A stretch of DNA of 64,000 bases from an uncultured Poribacteria bacterium (GTDB lineage Bacteria; Poribacteria; WGA-4E; WGA-3G): positions 4,608,001 to 4,672,000 of the forward strand of contig CATQHZ020000001.1 of assembly GCA_958296135.2 (NCBI GenBank). The letters are read 5' to 3'. Made by a program: the position numbers and the translations under genes. Positions 58,601-64,000 of this stretch are shown piece after piece; position 1 is the first letter of the stretch, and the number at the start of each line of letters is the position of its first letter. Below the pieces are notes generated by a model. That model searched no databases. It was not told the origin of the DNA and saw only the letters and a list, made by a program, of their open reading frames with translations.

Positions 58601-58833
58601 GTGAACTGACAGCACCGGCGGATGAACTCGAAGTAAAAATCTATACGTTGAGCGGAAGGCTTATCCGCACCCTGGAGACGTTGCCGACAGCCGGATTTAT
58701 CATGCTTGACTGGGATGGCAGGGATGCTGAGGGTGTCGAAGTCGCCAACGGTGTCTACTTCGCGAAGATTCGGATTGCGCGCGAAGGCGAAAAAGAGATT
58801 ACCGACATTTTGAAGATGATGAAACTAAAATAA
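52657..58833 (+). CDS. PorU/gingipain-like C25 cysteine peptidase with propeptide, Ig/CARDB domains and FlgD/CTD
   Basis: PGNPKVP propeptide, YVVLLGDG, GRM, catalytic YAGHG and SCYNG, LFGDP; C-terminus NYPNPF..WDGRD..VANGVYF. Confidence 0.88.
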   Translation: MKNIFVSLCLILLSISIPRSGQARVTQVTTTEGITLNFALPELAQEDVTFGSITYQQAQYADCGFMTEPGNPKVPVTRVMLGVPLDVAIVVGNVSASPARTVTGVRLPPVPVRGVWQETGGAYRQREPYPASPLARIVQDGMLRSQRVVIVELTPVQYLPQARQLRTYSQLTVHLRFQSQPKTQQTTTAYPDLGSNRHIPGQPLPNALHQTKESEAYERALARQLLNARAAVPFRAPRMQGRAAAPAGTSALPTRLRYKLSIADTGVYGLTGETLLSTFGIELIGADPGTFQLWHGTREVPLFISGASDGRFDAGDALFFLGKQTKNPYTPWNVYWLTVEPRGKQARVPLRNASPGDATATQVPTFRSTVTFEEDKLTSNLEFLKPDAVTDGDKHAWFDSLDFWYWDGIKNGSDTGEMRLEFPLYDVAKSFEPPHIRVDLQGGTPVNHEILVAINGVRIDFAKWEQQDTLTVQRTLRAWDTFKDQGTGTHNVLSLARVDDTFEEDTRRYPYHVYVNRFVVEYTRLFHAVYDELTFSSKGVSEENDARTGRKLQYKIQNFRHPSVHIFETDGVHLTAKMGGVAIEATPLRGQARQRWNNIYQETHNERLAPIQKTYTATFQVPDTPQRQFIAISEDALRLPTRIEIVQPSNLLSTAHGADYIVVAHATFQQTAQRLADWRAQPAGGGYRTKVVTTDDIYNTFGDGSVHPKAIKAFLTHAYHHWTPPAPTYVVLLGDGTFDFRGINTELYPEPPEQMGYIPTHYIHTDAFGRTAADHWYATLSGHDEFTDVYLGRMTVENTREADAVVDKIIAYEQRRPNGAWRRRIISVADDEVSNSGDFIFKKSLNEIAKNHTLLGYQTVEVFLEDVIDEVEARPAEFPNLLPQRVAKNRIIDALSEGAIIAQYAGHGGRVVWAHEAIFDNVSIDKLDETPHTPFMLVLSCYNGYFDEPGEPSMAEKLLRKERGGIIGMLSATRLTYAGGNDALNRIIFNMIFKRNVRQLGPLSFDSKVELLLTEGTGQIDVMMEYTLFGDPALQIATPAYEIRPKIETKTVAPGDTLQVAPGTIESVQYDAASQTKRFAPHTGFDGTLTVTALFPGKTAIGQGTAGPVEYYPGDVVVTQTLPVKAGAFPGVNIAVPRNIAAGDAHVEYYAENAEALAVGGDGFTVNVPKILDIAPELVDTETFRVSVQVSDDETQLAAVVLEWRNPKTRLWEEVALTPRENEEGWWTVPEPLPAPTDGTAIRYEIRVTDTDDNTVTTDILRYYPYRTPNLSVVPASGKDVVRYGYDSVTQQWHLSADVQCEGDTPSTPITVVFFRGTPDKDEDSQIDADAVPLGTARIAPSDWVQRSPLGRGLTRGEVYSEDVLNIHPIATATLAHELPFGTHDIFVGVDSTATVQENDEEDNIGYRRIPADTGLIGPQSVQIRSLDGNGRLTAPPNALETPTVVALRPINDDSAVKQGLFIGRLPLPGGAIAYDIVTEPANNTKNGGIDNIDDSSTGRDMTARTTVIERLAPGQKMTIDLGLDMAALQQQLTRELLGGEEAPQDGQELMLATHSVAEAVVTRARETGVYLWHTELGKHWTRLESVPLTDASGNLIERMQVTDVSETNTGEGGVRDVRIHPDGARVGKWVLFFTGPRTYRVLLAPTDSKVPADESPSSLQLPPVETVATSRPLTPFNPAYLNFTDGLSLHIESDAAKPFAFGDTLTFRITQLDDSDAGGRDATNPTSRWYASSFRHSNEGSGTVSYIHLEPNATIGAERWVLFFVSASKFQIEGEQHGLLRGEDGAPLRGTSGVPFESPNGLSLLLTEGQRPFTAGDTFRFETRSVATIRATTAFLGPVTLLHSDDTVPPDIQLTLTSQQHFVTGDATDAAPLIGATLTDASGVDFVTRPVTLALGDAAGTYQPIATDAYQLTHAQGSNQLILTYPSPALQPGEYAIRLTASDVHGNTADARIDFHVYGTVQLVSFLNYPNPFARETTLCCELTAPADELEVKIYTLSGRLIRTLETLPTAGFIMLDWDGRDAEGVEVANGVYFAKIRIAREGEKEITDILKMMKLK

Positions 58834-59010
58834 TTTCGTACTGGCGCAAAGCGTTCGGATACGGCGGTTGGTGCAATAACATGCCTTGACGTAACCCGTC
58901 ATCGACGTTGGCCATGACTACGTCCTTCATGCTATTTAAATATAGGTTGGGCCCGCCTGAGCCCAACTGCAATGTTTATAGCACTGAAAACGCACGGAGA
59001 AGTAGTATTT

Positions 59011-60030
59011 ATGCAGAAAACGTTCATTTCCCAGGGCGCATTGACGTTGTCAAGTTTTGTATTCTTGTTGATAACGCTTGTGTGCGCGGGCACAGTGCAG
59101 GCGAAATACACCGCGGATTTCTTGAGTCTCGGTGTGGGCGCGCGTGCGTTAGGCATGGGCGGCACCGGCACAGCGACAACAAACAACGCAGCCGCTATCT
59201 ATTGGAATCCGGCAGGCATGGGACATCAGTATGCCCTCCATGAAGTCAGCATGATGCGTTCAACGCTGAGCGGCTTGGCGGCGTATACGTTCGTGAGTTA
59301 CAACCATCCGGTCAGCGATACAAGCGCGCTCGGCATCAGTTGGCTTCGTGTCGGCGTAGACGCTATCCCGATTACGGGGCTTTCAGTAGCAAGCAAACCC
59401 GTCGGGCCGACGAACCGGCCGAAGGTTATCGGCACGTTCAGCACCACGCAGAACGCGGTGTTGCTTGCCGGTGGGTGGAAACTTCCATCGCTATCGCGAT
59501 TCTCCTTCCGGCTCGGTGGCACGCTGAAACTGCTCTATATCGACAGTTATCGGAATACAAACGCTATCGGGGGCGGCGGGGATATCGGTTTCCTGATGAC
59601 GTATCGGCAGCGGGTTACCCTCGGTATTCGAGCGTCTGACATTTTCACGACGAAGTTGTATTGGAACACGCCGCCGGCGACAGCAGGTGAAACGCCGCAC
59701 ACGGAGACGCTTTTGCCGCACGTCACCTTCGGCATTGCGGCAACGCAGCCACTCCCGTTTCTGGACAGCAGATTGACGCTGGCGTGCGATGTCTACACAC
59801 AGCACGGCCCTGAACTTCACGCGGGTGCTGAACTGACGCTCTTTGAACTGCTTGCATTGCGCATCGGGATGGACGGACGTAACGGCATTGAGCGATGGAT
59901 GCAAGTCACAGCGGGTGTCGGTTTGCAGCTGCGGTTTGTGACAGGTGCCGCCGCCGCGGTGGATTATGCGTGGACGAACCACGCCGCACTCGGTGGCAGC
60001 CATCGCATGGGATTTCGGATGGGATTTTAA
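59011..60030 (+). CDS. PorV/PorQ-family outer-membrane protein
   Basis: FLSLGVGARALGMGG..AIYWNPAG, VDYA, terminal Phe. Confidence 0.85.
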   Translation: MQKTFISQGALTLSSFVFLLITLVCAGTVQAKYTADFLSLGVGARALGMGGTGTATTNNAAAIYWNPAGMGHQYALHEVSMMRSTLSGLAAYTFVSYNHPVSDTSALGISWLRVGVDAIPITGLSVASKPVGPTNRPKVIGTFSTTQNAVLLAGGWKLPSLSRFSFRLGGTLKLLYIDSYRNTNAIGGGGDIGFLMTYRQRVTLGIRASDIFTTKLYWNTPPATAGETPHTETLLPHVTFGIAATQPLPFLDSRLTLACDVYTQHGPELHAGAELTLFELLALRIGMDGRNGIERWMQVTAGVGLQLRFVTGAAAAVDYAWTNHAALGGSHRMGFRMGF

Positions 60031-60092
60031 TATGTCGCGAGGCGTGACTTGCACAATGACACTTCATGACGCAATGGCCGCGGGGCACATCT

Positions 60093-60300
60093 CTCTCAAA
60101 ATCGGAACAGACTGGCTCGCGGCGCAGAGGATGGCACGGCTAGCGGTGCATTGTGCCGATTGTGCAGGGCCCGTTGTCCTCTCGTTACCGTGGATGCTGA
60201 TTTCGGTGAGTTTTTCGGGGGGAGTGTTTTCGGGGTTTACCCAGCGATGCGCCCGGCACGACTCTCGCCGATAGAGGCACTCCAAACCGAGACACTTCGA
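60093..60300 (+). pseudogene. Frameshifted C-terminal relic of a MacB/FtsX-type ABC permease
   Basis: LSLPWMLISVSFS in one frame, FGVYPAMRPARLSPIEAL in another; no N-terminal part. Confidence 0.7.
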
Positions 60301-60640
60301 TTTTTGCGCAGTGTCAGTTGCAAAGCCAACTGACACATCTTCGGCGAGTTTGGAAACCTTCGCAAACTCGCCTACGCAAAAATCGGCAAAGGAGAACCTA
60401 TTGAAACTTTACACCACCTGTTTTCACGTTTTTCTCAGGCTCATCTCTCTCACCGTAGGGCGGGGGCCTGTCCCCCGCCTTACAGGGACGCGGGAGGTGT
60501 GCTGCGTCCGTAGCACGAGGGACAGTGGACATCTCTGCAGCGGGACTGCAGAGATGACAAAGTTTCGGCGTGACGGCCCTCGCGCTACGTTCCAAAGGAT
60601 GGTTCTCCCGGTGACGTAGATGCGCGCTCACAACGCGCGC

Positions 60641-63085
60641 CTACTCGCCTTTGCGAATGGTAAGGCGGTAATGCTGGCCAACCTTCTGGGTGTCGACAAT
60701 CTCGTGTCCATCGTTGGTGAGACTCTTCGGCACATTCTCAATCGGTTCGCCATCGTCAAGAGTCACCTCCAAGAGCTGCCCGAGCTGCAGCGTCTCCAAC
60801 CGAATCTTCGCTTGGACGTAGTTAAACGGGCAGGCGACTCCCTTCAGATCGAGGCTATCGACGATGTCCTCGACCGGCTTCGTCTTCTTGACAACCCTCG
60901 GCTTCCGCGCCGGGCGCGTTCTGCGCGGCTTGCGGCGGCGCTGCTCCTCTTCCTCCTGCTTGATGCGCATGCGCCCGTAAACGTTATGCGATTCTTCCAC
61001 AAAGAGCGTCGCTTCCTCCACGCGGCGGTGCACCAATTCGTGGGTGAAGGTAGAAGCATCCTCTGCTGTCGCTTTGAAGAGATGCGCGCCGTATCCAGCG
61101 AAGAAGTTGCCGGGCTCAAAGAAGCGAGCACGGAAATCGGCGACGGTGGCGGCATCGTCAATATACTGCAAACCTTCCGTCGTCAAGAGGCCGTCTGCTG
61201 CACGAATCATCGCGTCAAAAGCGAGTTCAGCGGAGTCCTGATAGCTCCCCTTTTCCAAATTCAAGCCGGATTCATAGATGAGCCGGTCTGCCTCTTCCAA
61301 CTTGAAGGAGACAAGTGCCACCAGCTGCCCCGCACACTCGCCGACACCCGTCTTGAGTTGGAACTCCTTCGTGTCACCGGTGTCCACGTAATACTCCGGT
61401 GCCTCTTCATAAGAGGGAATCTTATCATACTTGGACAGGATAGACTTAATCGCCGCCTTGCCCAGTCTACCGACGTAATCGGTGAAGGATTCCTCGTCGT
61501 GCCGTTCGGCAGTAAACTTCCCAGTCAGTTCTTCGATGAACGCCGGGATGTACTTGCCGTGGATTTTCCCGGTGGCGAGCCCGTAGGAACTAGCGTTTTC
61601 TATCATGTGCCCGCCGAGTATCACCTGATAATAGGGCGCAATATGCCCACCCATCCGACGCGAAGAACCGAAGAAGCCGATATTCGCGATGTGGTGCTGC
61701 CCACACGAGTTCGGGCACCCACTAATCTTAATCCGCAGCCCCTTGATTTCATCCGGCACACCGGTGTCAGTGAAGTAGTCGCGCAGGTACGCCGCTAATC
61801 CACGTGAAGAGGACACGCCGAGCTTGCAAGAATCGGTGCCAGGGCAGGCGGTAATGTCTACCGTCGATTCTGCGCCCGGGTCACCCAAGCCGTTTGCCTG
61901 CAGGTCGCGATAGAGCGCAGGCAGGTCTGTCATCGTCACCCAGCGGAGGACGATATTCTGCTCCACTGTGGCGCGGATGGTGTCCTTAACATATTTCCGC
62001 GAGATATCTGCCAAAGTGCGCGTCTGGTCTGCCGTAATGTCACCCAGTGGCAACGTAATCGTGACAAACGCGTAGCCGGGCTGCTTCTGCAACCTGACAT
62101 TAGACTGATACCACTCCTCAAACCCTTCTGGCTTAGAGGTCCCGTTGAGCTGCGTCGGTGCTTTGAGCGGGCTTTCGGTATAAGCGTCCAGATTGCCCAG
62201 ATACGCTGTCCAGGCCGGGTCATGCCGTAATTGCGCGCGTTCTTCTAGCACCTGCCGGCGGAATTCATCAATGCCGTATTTAGCGATGACGAACTTGAGG
62301 CGCGCCTTATTCCGATTCCGACGCTCGCCCAAGCGGGTGAAAACCTTGGAGATTGCCTGCGAGACCGGGAGGAGTTCCTCCGCGGGGACAAAATCGTCGA
62401 AGATTTTCGCCTGATGCGGCACGGCACCGAGCCCACCGCCGACATAGAGTTTAAAACCACGCTTGACTTCGCCATCAACTTCTTTGACAGCGGCGACAGC
62501 ACCGATGTCGTGCATGTTCGCCAAGCCGCAGGCGTGTTCTTCGCACCCCGAAAACGCAATCTTGAACTTCCGGCCGAAATCCTGCGCGTCCGGATGCCCC
62601 AAGAGAAAGGCGGATAAAGCCTGGGAATAAGGTGTCACGTCAAACGTCTCGTCTTGGCAGACACCGGTGATGGGACATGCGGTGACGTTCCGGACGACGT
62701 TGCCGCACGCCTCCTTCGTGGTAATACCAACGCTAGCGAGACGGCGCATCAACTCCGGCGTGTTGTTGATGTCGACATAGTGATACTGCACATCTTGGCG
62801 GGTGGTGATGTGAATGATATTGTCCGAGAACTCTTCCGCCACATCCGCCAGCATTTCGAGTTGCATCGCGGTGAGCCCGCCAAACGGGATTTTAACGCGA
62901 ATCATCTGTGAGCCGTCATCGCGCTGTCCGTAAACACCGTGCCGTAGCCGAAACTCGGTGAAGAGCGTCTCCTCCACTTGGCCGGCTTGCACACGACCCA
63001 GTTGGATCTCGTAAATTTCAATGGCGCGGGCATCATCGGGCGGAATAGCCGCCGCGTTAAATGGGCCCGCATGTTCGATAGCCAT
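60641..63085 (-). CDS. Siroheme nitrite/sulfite reductase fused to HEPN-like and TusA/SirA domains
   Basis: RLRHGVYGQR, TTRQD, RKFK, CPGTDSC..SGCPNSCGQH, C-terminal LDLKGVACPFNYV. Confidence 0.9.
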   Translation of the reverse strand: MAIEHAGPFNAAAIPPDDARAIEIYEIQLGRVQAGQVEETLFTEFRLRHGVYGQRDDGSQMIRVKIPFGGLTAMQLEMLADVAEEFSDNIIHITTRQDVQYHYVDINNTPELMRRLASVGITTKEACGNVVRNVTACPITGVCQDETFDVTPYSQALSAFLLGHPDAQDFGRKFKIAFSGCEEHACGLANMHDIGAVAAVKEVDGEVKRGFKLYVGGGLGAVPHQAKIFDDFVPAEELLPVSQAISKVFTRLGERRNRNKARLKFVIAKYGIDEFRRQVLEERAQLRHDPAWTAYLGNLDAYTESPLKAPTQLNGTSKPEGFEEWYQSNVRLQKQPGYAFVTITLPLGDITADQTRTLADISRKYVKDTIRATVEQNIVLRWVTMTDLPALYRDLQANGLGDPGAESTVDITACPGTDSCKLGVSSSRGLAAYLRDYFTDTGVPDEIKGLRIKISGCPNSCGQHHIANIGFFGSSRRMGGHIAPYYQVILGGHMIENASSYGLATGKIHGKYIPAFIEELTGKFTAERHDEESFTDYVGRLGKAAIKSILSKYDKIPSYEEAPEYYVDTGDTKEFQLKTGVGECAGQLVALVSFKLEEADRLIYESGLNLEKGSYQDSAELAFDAMIRAADGLLTTEGLQYIDDAATVADFRARFFEPGNFFAGYGAHLFKATAEDASTFTHELVHRRVEEATLFVEESHNVYGRMRIKQEEEEQRRRKPRRTRPARKPRVVKKTKPVEDIVDSLDLKGVACPFNYVQAKIRLETLQLGQLLEVTLDDGEPIENVPKSLTNDGHEIVDTQKVGQHYRLTIRKGE

Positions 63086-63298
63086 AAATGCTCCTTTTTT
63101 GTTGTTCCTCGCGGTGGTTCAGCAGTGTCTGTGAAGACAGTGTCCACTTACCAGGCCGTCTTGACGTTGTCAAGACTTGCAGACCTGTTGGGGCTTGCCT
63201 GAGCCGGACGGTTCAAGATCAGGCGAGTGCTACCTACAATAGCAAAGGAAATGAACCTAACTGAGTATTATCCGGTCCGCGTCTATCTTAAGATATAT

Positions 63299-63327
63299 AG
63301 TATACCCCCAGTTCGTTTTAAAATCAA
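63299..63327 (-). promoter_or_regulatory. sigma70 promoter of the sulfite reductase gene
   Basis: TTGATT-N17-TATACT on the minus strand. Confidence 0.65.
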
Positions 63328-63382
63328 GGGCAAATTTTATGAACCCTCCGAGATTAGCGACCTCGGGGTTACCCCTCGGCAG

Positions 63383-64000
63383 TTAGTGACTGCCGGGTGC
63401 ATCGCCCCAATCAGGAATGGAGAGCAATTCTCCATCACGAAGTGCCGATTGATGCGCGACGAGCCCCGGCGCGCAATACCGAACCGCCTCCCAGACGTTA
63501 ACGCGCGGCAATCGCTGTTGGTTGACAGCATCCACAAATTCATGCACCAGATAAGCGTGCGAACCGCCATGTCCACCCAGGTCTGCCGCCAGTGTCTCCG
63601 GCAAATCGCTATGCAGTTTCGGCAGGGTGACCGGCTGTTGCCCGTGCTTATCTGCCCACACACGTCCTGCCAAGTTTTGCTCAAAACTAGCTCCCGTGCC
63701 ATAGATGCCGCTGACGCGCTCGCTGCCGGGGTGCCCAATCCGCCGGAATTCACAGATTTGCATCGTCGCGCCGTTGCTCATCGTAAAAAGCCCAACTTCA
63801 TTAGAGAAAGGGTTCTCGTGGACGGTGTCGCGCCGGAACCAATCGTCGTTGGGGTAGATATATCCCTGCGCAGATACGGTAGTGGCGTGAGCCTTCATCA
63901 CAGAAATCGGAAAGCAGGTGGAATGCGTCGGATAATGCATCGGGATACCACCGCTTTTGTCTCTGCCCCACTGCGCGCCCCACCGATTTCTCGCCACATC
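63383..64000 (-). CDS. Gfo/Idh/MocA-family oxidoreductase, C-terminal part (5'-partial)
   Basis: YPTHS, GHGGSH..LVHEFV, PGLVAHQSA..G..IPDWG; frame is open to the window end. Confidence 0.8.
   Translation of the reverse strand, partial: DVARNRWGAQWGRDKSGGIPMHYPTHSTCFPISVMKAHATTVSAQGYIYPNDDWFRRDTVHENPFSNEVGLFTMSNGATMQICEFRRIGHPGSERVSGIYGTGASFEQNLAGRVWADKHGQQPVTLPKLHSDLPETLAADLGGHGGSHAYLVHEFVDAVNQQRLPRVNVWEAVRYCAPGLVAHQSALRDGELLSIPDWGDAPGSH

Noticed and set aside
60620-61798. 392-aa plus-strand ORF
   Set aside because: Antisense shadow of the sulfite reductase gene.
63086-63292. SAM or other riboswitch in the sulfite reductase leader
   Set aside because: No SAM-I or SAM-II consensus; much of it is a repeat also seen near 43578 and 50979.

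Overview
This is a 64 kb bacterial window with moderate-to-high GC. The gene content points to a Candidatus Poribacteria-like genome (inference): FlgD-like C-terminal domains starting NYPNPF, dockerins, 'P..KL...WG.LK' C-termini, PhyH, sulfatase, FGE-domain and ASPIC/UnbV proteins, and dense GTAG-type REPs. It holds about 45 CDS, no rRNA or tRNA, and no CRISPR array. Main features: (1) a T9SS-like surface-display toolkit, with two PorV-family genes each directly behind a giant FlgD/CTD protein, one of them a PorU-like C25 peptidase; (2) six tandem sigma70 promoters, all with 17-nt spacers, reading into a ~550-nt highly structured leader of a cohesin-dockerin-CTD gene; (3) an oversized cobalamin riboswitch ahead of an unusual operon (YncE/BtuG-like propeller plus dockerin, a large ectodomain fused to an ECF S-like module, a PQQ/WD40 propeller); (4) a non-autonomous IS607-type element with an intact-looking tnpB and a pseudoknotted 5' leader in place of tnpA; (5) three paralogous lectin-like proteins carrying either a lipobox or a C-terminal WG.LK motif; (6) REP palindromes inserted in frame inside several ORFs; (7) several short gene relics and odd fusions (AccA-like without its catalytic motif, PolX N-terminus only, MNT-HEPN, sulfite reductase-HEPN-like-TusA). 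All family assignments come from motif recognition by eye. No database search or folding program was run.
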